Positions 11,550 to 23,429 of a DNA stretch of 64,000 nucleotides are shown here, one piece after another. The stretch's first letter is position 1. The number at the start of each line of letters is the position of its first letter. A program made the translations under genes and the position numbers. The DNA comes from Lama guanicoe (lineage: Eukaryota), in contig MU053994.1 of NCBI GenBank assembly GCA_013239625.1, positions 1,243,775-1,307,774 of the forward strand, in the 5' to 3' direction. Below the pieces are notes generated by a model, which ran no database searches, was not told the DNA's origin, and saw only the letters and a program-made list of their open reading frames with translations.

Positions 11550-12364
11550 ATAAGTAAGTCACAAATACAGTGTGATACCATTTATATAGAGTCCAAAAGC
11601 ATGTAAAAAATGCTGTACATTGTCTCTGAATGCATACAGACACATCAGTGATAGAACCATACCTACCTGTAGGCGGTAAAAAAAATACAGGAGAGCTGTG
11701 TCTTAAATTGGATTCCCCTCCAACAGAGCCTGAGACCAGGACTTGGGTGCAAGGCATTTTTTGAGGGGCAATCCCTGGGAGTAGGAGTGAAGGAGCAGAG
11801 AGAGTGACACAAGAAAAGGGGGAAAGCCAAGAAAGGGTATGTTACCGAGGTCACTGCTCTAGGGAAAAGGGCTAAATCCAGTAGGACTTCTGAGAATTGT
11901 GTCCTAAGGGTATTTATATAAGGCTCTGTCCCAATGGATTGATGGTTCTTCTTGGGGTGCTAATTCCCCCATACATTGGTGATGTGCCTGTGAGGGTTGA
12001 GCGTATTCTTGAGGGTTTGGAGGAAAGCCTTGGAGTAAAGAAACAGACTTGAGGTGGGCCCTGGAGGTGAGATACTGCCAATATGGCTGAAGGCTGAAGC
12101 CAAGGGTGAGCTGAGGGCATGCAACACGTAGCACCAATCACATCTGTTCTAAGTTCTTACCCCTGAGAAAAGAGGGAAAGGAATGGGATGAGAAAGGGAT
12201 GTACAGGGAGCTTCAACTGGGCCTTTAATGTGTTACTTTTGAAGAAAATATGGCAAAATGTGAATCTTCCAAAAAGCTGGGGATGGTAGGTATATGGATG
12301 CTCATTATATTATTCTTGATACTTCTCTGTATTCTTGAACTGTTTCAAAATCCAAAAAAAAAAA
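11550..12364 (+). mobile_element. L1ME-like 3' end interrupted by an LTR
   Basis: AATACAGTGTGATACCATTTATATAGAG... then after 12150 AAATATGGCAAAATG...GCTCATTATATTATTCTTGATACTTCTCTGTA and an A tail. Confidence 0.7.
11697..12150 (-). mobile_element. ERVL solo LTR (LTR33/LTR16-like)
   Basis: TGTGTCTTAAATTGGATTCCCC...AGCCTGAGACCAGGACTTGGGTGCAAG is the antisense LTR16/33 3' end. Confidence 0.75.
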
Positions 12365-14043
12365 TATTAGGTTGCATCAGCATTAATTTGTTTCAGGGGC
12401 GCTCTGAATAATTATGCAGAGCAGTAATGTGTCAAATAGTAATATAATTTGCCACTAGTTCTTAAATTAAGTTAATGTACCTAAGTATAATTTTGATGGA
12501 ATTTGACTAACAAAATACTGAGTTTTATCCAAAATGTCACGGTTTAATTTTTATTCTAGTTGAGAGATCTCACTTGATAAACTTTTGATTGTATTTCCAG
12601 TTGTCTTACCAAGGCACTTTGTAAACAGGGGGTGATTCATCCATTTTCTGGTTGGGAAAACTATAACTCAGAGGAATTTAGTAATTTATTCAAGATCGCT
12701 CAGCAGTAGAAAGACAGGAGAATAATGCAGGAGCTCTGCCCTTTCAATCTGTGATTCCCTCCTTGTTTTACCCAAATCTTTGCAAAATGATCAATAGACT
12801 CGTCTAGGGAACACACAGTGGTGTGGGCACTGTGTAATTGTTTAGAGTATACATGTGTGTGATTCAGTCAACAAAGGGGTATTTGGTGGGGGTGGGTATG
12901 AGATTACAATCTCTGCATTTGAGGGTTTTATAATCTAGTAAAGATATGAATAAACATAGCTGTATCAGCTTAGCTGTCTCTCCCAAGTGTGAGGAAGTGA
13001 TCACAGTGGGCTTTACCTGCACAACAGCAGCAGTAGCCACTGCTACCACACAACTGTTGACTGAGCATCCACTGTGTGCAGGGACTGTTGTTAGCATTGC
13101 TCATTTCCAGACTTTCCCAAGGTTACCATATTCCTCTTAACCTTTCCTTAGCTTTGTGTACACTGCATTTTGTCCCCTGGGTCGACAGCACCTTGTCCAA
13201 AGGCAATTTGTTTGTAGCAGGAGATGTTTTGAGGAGCAAGTGGACTCAAATCCCAACAACTGCAGTAACAACCACACAAACCAATACAGCCCAACTTGAG
13301 AAACTCCCCCTTTGTAAGATCATTTTTGAAACTTCGTGGCTCCACTCGCATCAGACATTTTGAGTGGTTGAAGAAGGAACTTGGACTCAGAACCTTGTTT
13401 TCTGGAAAGAACTTGATCAGCTGTTTAAATGGTCAGTGGGTAATACTGCAGAATAACAGCTGCAGACCTCTGGGCTTTTGACACTTAAGACTGATGGAAA
13501 ATGCCATTTGCACCCTTTGATTTACATGAAAAAAGCCCAGTGCGAAATTACAGCTGAAGGGTTTGTTTTTCTTTTTGCCTCTTCTAACTGAATGGCATTT
13601 TAATTGAGGCATTCTTGTGGCACAAAAGCAAGTGGCTTGGCCTCCTCTATATACTTTCCAGACCCGTCACTGAATTCGTGAATGACTAAATATCCCCTTC
13701 AGTCCTGGCCCCCTGAGAGCTGCACCCTAATTTCCCAAACTACTCTCCAACAGTTGGCAACCCCAGCCTTCCATTTGGTTTTTGATTTGTCGGAGCAGGC
13801 AGTGTCAGAACTGAGGAGCTCAGAGGTACAACAGAAAAACTAGGCTCACTGACAGCAGTAAGTTCCTCAGGGGCTCCAGTGTGGACCCAGTTGGAGGAAG
13901 CTGTGTACCTTAGATGTCTCCATCACCTCCCACTGTTGACACGGCACCACACTGCCTTAATTTTTTCCCCCTACTTTGCTGGCTGTGCCTTCTGCCATCT
14001 TGGCAAAAATTCTTTACCAGGAATATACAAGTCCTATGACATA

Positions 14044-14523
14044 TGTTGTTGGTACCCCAGCTGTGTCTTCTGGCTCTCATTGGCGGCAATCTGATGGTTT
14101 CTTACTGTAAACACCTTTACCTCTCTGCCTGAAGGTGTTCTCCGGCCACTGGAGCATGTTCTTGGGCCCGAAGCGTGTAGGGACAGGGTGGAGAGTAGGT
14201 TCTAGGTGACTAGAAAGGACAGAGAGTTAATGCCCCTGGGGTGATTCTCAACCAGTGAGAGAAGGGAGATGACAGACAACTAAATACCCCAGCTTCCTTG
14301 CTGGGTGGGTGGGACAATTCCAGAGTGAGTTTCTCAGAGGGGCTGCAGCAAGATGGAGCCCCAATTGGCTACCTGACCATTAATGTACGTTTATTGGCTT
14401 TTCTCCCTTCCCTACTCATTTCTCTACTTCTCTCTGTGTTTCCTGAGATCACCTCCCAAATGAACCTCTTGAATCTAAATCTTTGTCCCAGGGTCGGCTT
14501 TTGGAGGAACCCAAACTAAGACA
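14044..14523 (+). mobile_element. ERVL solo LTR (LTR16-like)
   Basis: Starts TGT; ends GATCACCTCCCAAATGAAC...GGCTTTTGGAGGAACCCAAACTAAGACA. Confidence 0.8.
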
Positions 14524-14564
14524 AGTTCCTAAAATGTTATTCAGATTTTTGTTTGACGTTTTGA

Positions 14565-14630
14565 ATGTGAAGAGGCTTCATCAGCTTTTCAAAAGAGTCT
14601 GTGACCCTAAAGAGACCAAGAACCAATACC
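14565..14630. mobile_element. hAT-Charlie-like terminal fragment
   Basis: CTTCATCAGCTTTTCAAAAGAGTCTGTGACCC...AAGAACC. Confidence 0.5.
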
Positions 14631-14747
14631 TAAACTGTTTTCTCCAGAACAGTGCATCTACTCCTGGAATCCAGACACAAAGAACCAGGTGCTTTCTGTA
14701 TGTATCCCACTGCAAGTCTCGCAAGCATCTCACACTTAAATGTCAGT

Positions 14748-15168
14748 TGTGGTTGCTGTGCTGCCCAGAACCCCTGGTAGGGCAGAAGGACCTACCTCCT
14801 CAGCTGCTGGGAAGATTATTAGCTGATGGCTCAGCTGTCAAACATCTCTAGGAATTGCCTTCAGCTGAAGAGAGCCCTATCTCTCAAGGTTCTATGCTGT
14901 TCCCCAGGGTAATCTGCATCCAATGGCTGGTGATGTGGGTGGGCAGAGGCCTAGATCCCTTGTCCCAGCTCAGGACAGCTCTTGCAAGGCCTTCCCAGCA
15001 CCAGAGCTCCCCATAAATTTGACTGAGGCCTTTGTGGAGGCTTCATCACAGTCTAGCTGCTTTCCCTTTCTGCCAACAAGGGTCAACCCTGAGAGCACTT
15101 TCTAATAAACTTCTTGCATTCCAGTGTCCAAAGGAGAGTTTGATTCTTGGGGACCCAGACCTGTGACG
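14748..15168 (+). mobile_element. ERVL solo LTR (LTR16-like)
   Basis: TGTGG...CCAGCACCAGAGCTCCCC...TAATAAACTTCTTGCA...GGGGACCCAGACCTGTGAC. Confidence 0.75.
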
Positions 15169-15179
15169 ACCTGAGAATC

Positions 15180-15740
15180 ATCTCTGCCTCCTCTCTTTCC
15201 TTACCCATCCCTATACAGTCAATCACACACTCCGTCAAAACTTGAGTCTTATTGATTGTGACTTTGGAACATCTCTCAAATGCATCCATGTGCTCCCACT
15301 TCATTCTGATGGTCTCTTTCCAGTTACAGCCTGGATGTCTGAGACAGCCTCCTAACTGCCCCCAGACTCTTGTTTTGTTCCTCTCAAACACGTTCTTCCC
15401 ACTGCAAACAAAGCAATCTTTCTAAAGAGTAAATCTGGTCTCGTCACCATAACCTTTCTGTGGTTAACTATTACCCTGAAGATCAAGTTCTTAATGGGAC
15501 TTACACTTTTATGACCTCCATCTCTTAAGGGCACCTCCGGCCTCACGTCTCACTGTGATCTGCCGTGTATGCACTGCACTCCTGCCAAACTAGACTGCTT
15601 GCTGTTTACCAAACTCACCACAACGTGGGGCCTTGGTTCAGAATCCTCCCCCTACTTACAGTTTTGCTTTCCCACCCCCACCCAACATACATGCACACAC
15701 ACAAGAACATATCAATGCTGCTCCTTAGAAGATATTTCCA
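15180..15740 (+). mobile_element. L2 LINE fragment
   Basis: ACAGCCTCCTAACTG...CCCACTGCAAACAAAGCAATCTTTCTAAA...AAATCTGGTC. Confidence 0.75.
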
Positions 15741-15800
15741 ACCCCTGTGCCCCTCCCAGGGGCTTCCATGGCCCCACTTTGGTGTTCCACAATTGAAACA

Positions 15801-17055
15801 TGTCTTAGGTTGGATTTCCCAGAAGTAAACCCTGAAGTGAAGATTCCTGGGAAAGCAATTTACTAAGGAGTGTTTCCAAGAATAACTGGCAAGGGAATGG
15901 GAAAGCAGAAGATAGAGGGAAGGAAGCTGAGCCAGGGTGAATTATTTGGCTAAGTCCCCCAGAGGGTAGGTAAGATGATTCTAGTACCAGTTCTTATCTG
16001 GGTTTTTTCCCCGCACCTCTAAGCAGTTCTCCAACACCAACTGGATGTCCTACAGTTGAACTCGATTCTGACACTGTCTACCTGGAGGTAGCATCAGATT
16101 CCACAGGTTAAGGGCTCAGTCCCACAAGACTGCCCTGACTTCAGATGCCAATTGCAAGTCCAGGTTGTCACCTGTGCTTCTGATAATGGCTATAAATCAG
16201 AGGTTCTCACAACCCTCTCATTGGGTTTGATTAATTTGCTAGAGTGGCTCACAGAGAAACATTTTACTTACTGGATTACAGATTTGTTATAAAAGGACAT
16301 AACTCAGGAAGCTGGATGGAAGACCTAGGGCAAGGTGTGGGGAAAGGGCGAGGAGCTTCCATGTGCTCTCTGGGTTCACCACTCTCCCCACATCTCCATG
16401 TGTGCACCATCCTGGAAGCTCTCCAAACCCTGTCCTTTTGGATGTTTACAAAGGCTCCATTATGTAGGCACGATTGATTAAATCTCCAGAGCCTTTCCCC
16501 TCCTCAGAGGTCCAGAGGGTAGGACTGAAAGTTCTAACCCTCCAGTCACAGGGTTCATTCCCCTGGCAACCAGCTCCCATCCTTAGGTGCTTTCTAAAAG
16601 TTGTCTCATTAACATAACAAAAGACAAATTCTAAGGGCTTTAGGAGGTCTGTGCTAGAAATGAGAACAAAGACCAACTATATATTTCTTATAAATCATAA
16701 TATCACAGTAGGTAACTTTGGATTGGTTCTGGGGGGTAGGTCTGGAAACGGTGAAGACAACACCTCAGTACTATCCCAAATGGGATGAGGAAGCTGAAGT
16801 AATTATATTTATTAATACTTTATACGTACAGAATATTTATACACCCATCAGTCATTGGTTAAGGGGAGAGGGGAGGAAAGTTCCCAGGTACTTCTAGCTT
16901 TCTTTGATGCAAGCAGATCTGGCTCTAGCAGCCTAGGTGTAGTCCTCTTAAAAGGGGGCATGGGTGATCTCTGTAGGGGTAAAAGTACCTTTAGGGCAGG
17001 CATGCACAGAACTGGTAAAAGCAGTCCAAGGGACTGAGACTGGCAGCATCTGCTG
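15801..17055 (-). mobile_element. ERVL solo LTR (LTR33-like) split by MER21
   Basis: TGTCTTAGGTTGGATTTCCCAGAAGTAAACCCTGA... resumes after 16707 (CACCTCAG...GAAGCTG...CCATCAGTCATTGGTTAAGGG...GCATCTGCT). Confidence 0.7.
15971..16707 (-). mobile_element. MER21-like ERVL solo LTR
   Basis: CAGATTCCACAGGTTAAGGGCTCAGTCCCACAAGACTGCCC; the end TATATTTCTTATAAATCATAATATCACA is the reverse complement of the MER21 start TGTGATATT; GTAGG duplicated at both flanks. Confidence 0.85.
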
Positions 17056-17109
17056 TGGGGCTCTTCCCACACTGGATTGTAATGGCTTGTTAACTTCCTG
17101 TAGCCCCCT

Positions 17110-17240
17110 GCCCCTCCCCACCAGGCAGTGAGCTCCTTGCTGCCAGGGCCTATGAGTTTACCATGGTCAGCCTAACACATAGCAGGTGCTCATTAGATGG
17201 TTGTGGAGTGAATGAAAGAGTGGATGAATGGGTGAATGAC
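17110..17240 (+). mobile_element. L2 3' end
   Basis: GTGAGCTCCTTG...CCTAACACATAGCAGGTGCTCATTAG...TGAATGAA. Confidence 0.8.
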
Positions 17241-17829
17241 TAAAGGGGTGGCTGAATAATGTCTACCTTTCACAGTAGCCTTTCAAACAGGGAGCTACTA
17301 CAGTGAGAGCACCAGCGTGTAGGTGCAATTTTCCTTCATTTGAAAATAATTTGTCCTCCTTGTGAGAGAGATGTGCATACATGTTTAGAAAAAGATTTTT
17401 TTTTTGCAGGGACTCAGGAGGAGTGGAATTTATGTTCCATGCCAACCACATGTTTCCACAAGTCTCACTTTCCCAGCTAGAGAGACCTGGTGCCAGCAGA
17501 CAGCAGGAACATCAGGCCTCATGATGAGAAAGCAATAGTTAGCTCTGAAGGTCTTCAGATCTTAGAGCAGCTAGGAACCAGGGCTGGTTGGAAATAAATC
17601 CACCACACTCATTGCATTTAACACTAAGGGGGAAAGGAGTTAATTTCCTTGCCCAGAGCCTCACAGACTGGCTGGAACTCTCAGAGTGACAAATGACAAG
17701 GCTAGGTTTTCATCTAGGGTTGGAACCCTCACCTTTCCCCCTCTCTGCCCCATCACTTACTGCCACCCATTCACCAAACCTCCTTCCTTGTCCTCTGAAT
17801 TCCTGACCTTTCTCAAAACACTTTTCAAA

Positions 17830-19010
17830 ATAAATTTTTTCGAGATCAACTGTGTTGAGTTATAATAAACATGAAGCAAAGCATGCCAATTTTAAACATC
17901 CAGTTCGAAGGGTTTTGTCAAATTTATATACTCACATGTGGTACGTGTAATCACTGCAATCAAGATACGGAACATTTCTAATGCCCCCTCAATTTCCCTT
18001 GTGTCCATTTGCAGCCAAACCCACCTCAACCATTGGTCCCAGGCAGTCACTAATCTGCTTTCTGTCACTTTAGATCCATTTTGCATGTACTCAAATGTCA
18101 TATACATAGAGTCTTAGAGAGATTTTTATATGATTTTGTTGTCTAGTTTCTTTCATTTAGCATACTTATTTTGAAATTCATCCACGGTGTTCTGTGCCTT
18201 AATAGTTTGTTCTCTTTTATGGCTAGTAGCATTTCATTGTATGAATTTACCGAAATATGTTCACCCATTCCCCTGTTGTTGGACATTTGGTTTGTTACTA
18301 GTCTTTGGTTATTATGAAGAAAGCTGCTATGTATGTTCTTGTATAAGTCTGTTTGTGGACATATGTTTTCATTTCTTTTGAGTAAATACTTATAAGTGAA
18401 ATGGCTGAGTCATATGGTGGATGTATGTTTAACTTTCTAGAAACTGCCAAACTGGTTTCTAAAGTGGCTAGACTTGTTTCAGTCTCAGCAACAATGCAGG
18501 CAAGTTCTACTTCCTATACATCCTTGTCAACACTTGGTATTGTCAAATTTTCATTTTTAGCCATTCTAGTGGGTATACACTAAAAATCTCATGTTTTAAC
18601 TTGCATTTCAACTAATGATGTTGAATACTTTTTCAGATACTTCTTAGACATTTGTAATTGTCTTTGGGGAAGTGTGTTAAAATATTTTTTCTATTTTTAA
18701 ATTGACTTGTTTGTTTTATTATTAAGTTGTATGCATTCTACATTCTGGATACCAGTTTTGTCAAATATGTCTCAGCTATTTTCTCCCAATTTGTGGCTTG
18801 CTTTTTCATTTTCTTGAAGGTGTCCTTTGAAGAGCTGAAGTTTTACATTTCAGTGAAGTCCATTATCTAGTTTTTCTTTTAATGGTCCTCGCTTTGTTGT
18901 TGTTGTTATCTAGGAATGTTTGCCTACCCCAGTGTCATAAAGATGTTTTTATTTTTCTCTAGACATTTTATCATTTTAGTTTTTGTATTTAGGTCTGTGA
19001 TCCATTCTTG
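17830..19010 (-). mobile_element. Old L1M 3' region (end of ORF2 plus 3'UTR)
   Basis: ATCACTGCAATCAAGATACGGAACATTTC...GGACATTTGGTTTG...AACTGCCAAACTGGTTTCTAAAGTGGC...TTTAGGTCTGTGATCCATT. Confidence 0.9.
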
Positions 19011-19224
19011 AAGCCGTCTAACCTCTCAGAACTTGGAGGGCATTTCCATGCTGGTTGCTGAGGGTCTGACTGATGGGTGCAGGGGCAACAACATGCCACT
19101 AAAGTTTGTCTCTTCTTAGGTCCTCGGTACACCTGGGGTCAACCTCCAGTAGCACAAGCATCACGTGACTGGAAGTGTCCAACTGCAAGTGGTATTTAAT
19201 AAGGTTTCTCAAAAACAGTGCAGA

Positions 19225-19370
19225 GTGCTGGCTGTGTGACTGCAGGGCGATCATTTGACCTTTCTAAGACTGTACTTTCATCTGTAAAATGGGGGTAATA
19301 AAACCTGCTGTGCAGGGCAGCAGCCAGCAGGAAGTGAGAGGTGTATATAAGAAAGCACTTAGCTGGGTCT
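19225..19370 (+). mobile_element. MIR SINE
   Basis: GCTGTGTGACTGCAGGGC...TTCATCTGTAAAATGGGGGTAATAAAACCT. Confidence 0.8.
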
Positions 19371-20069
19371 GCCCCAAGGAGGCCCATGCCAAGCAGGAGC
19401 TGCTCCCACCGCTGCTGCTGCTGTTGTGGCTGTGTTGCCTGAGCATTATTTGAATGCCACGCAGATGGCTTGGCCCGGGTTTTTCTAAAACTGTGCTGAT
19501 TCCATGTTTTGATGGCTCTCCGCTAGCTCATTTGAACTTTCAAAAATAGGACGCCTGCTATATTTGGCAGGTCGCTGCCCTGGTATGAAGGGACTTTTAG
19601 GGCCATGCTGATGAAGCAGCTGAGCACGGCTCGAGGGTGGCTACCAGTGAGTGATGAGTCAGGACGCCTTTGGCATGCTCCTTGCAATATTTAAAAAATG
19701 AGTCCATGTGGGAACTTTCTGTTTATTCTCAGGAGCAGGAACAGATGGGAATTATGGGAAGGCCTTAGTCTTTGCTCTGACAGATTATGTAGTTACATCA
19801 TCTCCCCCCCAGCCTTCCGCAAAGTCAGAGACCGTGTCCCTAAGTGTAACTGAATAGAGGAAACAGGACAGAAGTGCTTATGGATATATTTTCAGGCTTC
19901 TAGTTTTATGCCTTGGACTTAACTTTCCTTGTAAGCTTTACCTGGGCAGCTGAATACTCTTTCTTTCCAGAAGTGCGCTGGAGAGTTACGCTATAATTCT
20001 AGGAATTCTGATTGGGTTTAGTTTTAGTCTGGTTTAGTTAGTCCTGTGTACACAATGACAACACACAAA

Positions 20070-20235
20070 AAGTTATGTCACTCTCTGTGCCTCAGTTTTC
20101 TCATCTGTAAAATGGGGATAACACTAATATCTTATATATTTGTGTGAGGATTAAATTGGTAACTGCAAATAAAATGTTTTGAAGAGTGTCAGGCATATGG
20201 TAATAAACACACTATGTGCTATCTATTATTATTTT
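20070..20235 (+). mobile_element. MIR SINE
   Basis: CTCTGTGCCTCAGTTTTCTCATCTGTAAAATGGGGATAAC...GTGAGGATTAAAT. Confidence 0.9.
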
Positions 20236-20994
20236 TTTCTACTTGAAATTTGCCTTTTTTTCCTTCGTGAGTATGAGTGTTTGGGAGGGTCCTATCTGCA
20301 CTTAAATTTTTCATTTGAGCAACTGTGTGTCTATCTTGGAAGTCCTTAAGTAGTAGGCAGTTAGCAATTAACATTAGTCAAGATTCCTCTTAACCTTTAT
20401 TTTATGTACTGAAATTCTCCTTGCTTCAGTGACATTTTGTGGCTCCCCTCCCCCACCTCAAGCAATTTCTTGAGAGCTTCAGGAAGTTTTGGTTGAGTAT
20501 AGCATAGAAACATGAATTCCTGTCATGTCCTGATAGAAAGTACCTCTTCAACATTCTCAGCACTCTTATGTCCTCCCATTGAGCACTCTCTCCTTCCCTT
20601 GCCTCATTCCCTCCATCTGGTCACCCAAGCCTAGCCCTCCACTTCAATCACTAAAATGTTGTGCAAGCCATCATCCCATCAGAGTAGTTGGAGAGGTGGA
20701 AAAAGTTGAAGTGTGTGATGGGGATCGAGTAGGGGGAGGAGGCCGCTGGTTCAGCTCCCAAGTGTTGGAGAAAAGTAAGAGTGGATAAGCTCCACTGGAG
20801 AGGGCTGAGGGGTAGAGCTCTCTCCACGCTGCATTCAGGAGAACAAGCTCGCTATGAAGAGAAGGGACAAAGGCTGAAGGTTGTGTTCTGAGCCTCAACC
20901 AGGGTCCTCCTTCTCTAGGATGGTGAAGGTGAAGGCTGCCACCCTATCCTGGTTTAGAAGCCACAGATCTCTCACCAAACACAAAGATGGCCAG

Positions 20995-21842
20995 TAGGAC
21001 TGGTTTTGTGGGCCTATGGCCAGTCCAGTAGTAGCACAGAGCCCCATGTTCAGAAGGGCCTCATGTTTGGGGTTTGATGCTCTGCAGTTGTTATCTTGAA
21101 ACTGCTCATAATTTTATCATTGAATTTGTATTTTGTAAATGGAGTCCAGAAACATAATGGAACACAGTGGTGCTGGAGGCTTGGAGCATCAGCTCACTGT
21201 GGTCCTTCCTCCTGCTACCTCCCTCCTTTCCCAGGTTGGGTTCTTGGCTAATGGTTGCCCTGCCCACACCCTGTGACCACTGGTACCTTCTGCCCTCTGC
21301 CGTCATAGGGAGTCTGGGTACCGGTGCAGGAAGGGTTGGAGCCAGGAGAATGTGCCCTGCCCATCTTGGTGTGGGGCATCACTGTAGCCACCTCTGCTCT
21401 GAGATTATAGTGTTATGGCACATTTGGAGGGTGACTGGGCAGGGGTATGCTATGGGTCAGAGTGACGGGTTCACAGGAAGACCAGTTCCCTGCCCCTAGC
21501 TGGGGCACAGCATGTTGGTCCCGTGTTTGGTGGGATGGGGGTAACTTAGCAGCTGGTGGGCTGCGCACGCACATGCATGCTTGCACCCAGTCACAAGATG
21601 GGGCCCTCTGGTCCCCTATGAGGATCTGCATTCCCTTATAGTTACACACTTCTGTTTCCAAGATAGTGTGACATTAAATAGGAAATAAAAAACACCACGG
21701 CAGCTCAAAGGAAAGATTGCAAAACAGAGGAAAATGCTTTTATTTTAGGATTTATAATAAACTTCCCCTGCCCCTTCTTTTGACCAAGGAGCCCTATGTT
21801 TTCATTTTGTCCTGGGCCCCACAAGTTATGTACCCAGTCCTG
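20995..21842 (+). mobile_element. MER45-like hAT-Tip100 DNA transposon (long form)
   Basis: Terminal inverted repeats TAGGACTGG / CCAGTCCTG; end TTTTCATTTTGTCCTGGGCCCCACAAGTTATG; 8-bp flanks ATGGCCAG / GTGACCAG. Confidence 0.8.
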
Positions 21843-21879
21843 GTGACCAGGTCCAAATGATCTCTGGCTATTTTGGGCT

Positions 21880-22115
21880 GACTCTTTTCCCAGGTCTCAG
21901 CTGATGGAAAGCGAGAGGAGGGTGTGGATGAGGTGCCCGCTGTGTCTGAAGTGGCCAACTGGGGAGGGCTGCACATCACTTCTATCCACAGTTCATTGGC
22001 GAGAACCCAGTGTCATAGCCACGTTTAATTGCAGAAGAGAAGAGATCCAGTCAAATGGGATGTCTGGGAGGAAGAAGTGAATATCAGTGTTGGTGAGCCC
22101 TGGCTGTCTCTGTCA
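21880..22115 (-). mobile_element. MaLR LTR fragment (MLT1J/K-like)
   Basis: CACATCACTTCTATCCACAGTTCATTGGCGAGAACCCAG. Confidence 0.6.
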
Positions 22116-22322
22116 AATCCCCCAAACATGGTTCTCTTCTCTGTAATGACATCATCATGATCTAACCATGGGGGCCAGCCATCTCACAGGTTCTTGTCCC
22201 TTGTTACTTTATGGTCAATGTCTTTTCAAGCCCTTATAGTTTTATCTTTGCACTCTTCTTTGATCTGTCTACTTTTCTCCATCCCCACTTCTGCCATCCT
22301 AATTGAAGCTCTCATAGTCCTT

Positions 22323-22574
22323 CAGTGATTTCCAAACACGTTGATCATGCCCCACTATAATCAATAAACTGTAAGCACAGGCCCCAAATACAGGTACCTT
22401 TGTTTAGAACTAACATCCATGTACCATTGTTTTTCTCATTTTTAGATATTAGTAAAACTTAATTTCTTTTTGTTTCTTTAGAACAATTCAGTTATATATT
22501 TTCCCTCAGACCTCAATAGATGGCCATCTTGTGCATTTCCTGGGGGTACCAGCCCCTCACATTGGTGATCACTG
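22323..22574. mobile_element. hAT-Charlie-like MITE
   Basis: Terminal inverted repeats CAGTGATTTCCAA / TTGGTGATCACTG, about 250 bp apart. Confidence 0.55.
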
Positions 22575-22659
22575 GTTTGGAAACCTGTGATTGACTTTGA
22601 CTTGTCCTTTCACTTTCACTCTTAGTCTAACTTCCCTCATCTCATTTCCTCCCTGTGGC

Positions 22660-23410
22660 CATGCATTCATCCGTACACAGAGAGTTACTGAGAGACCACT
22701 GCATGCCAGGCACTGTTCTGGGATATACAAGACTAAGAAAGTTCCTGCCCACTTAGAGCTTATTCTTGTGGAAGTGATTAGGAAACAGAAATAAACAAAA
22801 TAAATGTGTCAAGTATGAGTGATTGCTCTGAAAAAAAAAATAGAGCAAGGAAAGGGGATAGAGAGTGATGGGGTGGGGGTGGCAGGGTGCTATTTTAGAA
22901 AAGACTTTGCGATGAAGTGACATTTGAGTGCCAAATGAATTGAGATTGAGAGCCACAGAGCAATCTGGGAAGACGGAGGGAAGAGAAAGTGCGAGTACTC
23001 TGCAGTGGAAACATAGAAATGGACCAGCCAGGAGACCAGGGGCCTGGGGCAGAGGAAGTTAGAGGGAAGCGTCAGGAGAGAGGGTTGGGGAGCCAGGCAG
23101 GGGCCATTTCCTAAAGGACCTTGTAGACCGTGATACAGACTTTGTATCATGTTCTGAGGATGATGGGAATACACTGGAGGGTTTTGAGTAGAAGGAGAGC
23201 ATGATCAATTTTACACTTCAGGAGAATCACTGTGGCTGTTGTTTAGAGAACAGACCATGGGGGTAGGTGTGAGGAAGGAAACAGGGAGGCCACTTGGGAA
23301 GGATTTCAGAGATCATGTGAGAAGTGGTGATAGGATGGAGTAGGATGGTGGTAGTGGGAGTGGGGAAGTGGTCAGATCAGAGTGGTATTGTGAGGGTAGA
23401 GTTAATTCTG
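22660..23410 (-). mobile_element. L2 LINE 3' portion
   Basis: TGCCAGGCACTGTTCTGGG...GAAGTGACATTTGAGTG...CACTGGAGGGTTTTGAGTAGA...GGAAGTGGTCAGATC. Confidence 0.9.
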
Positions 23411-23429
23411 ATGTCTCTTTCATACTGAA

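Noticed and set aside
14044..15168. Two same-strand LTR16-like elements as the ends of one provirus
   Set aside because: Their sequences differ markedly, and the roughly 220-bp spacer holds a hAT fragment rather than a primer-binding site or gag-pol.
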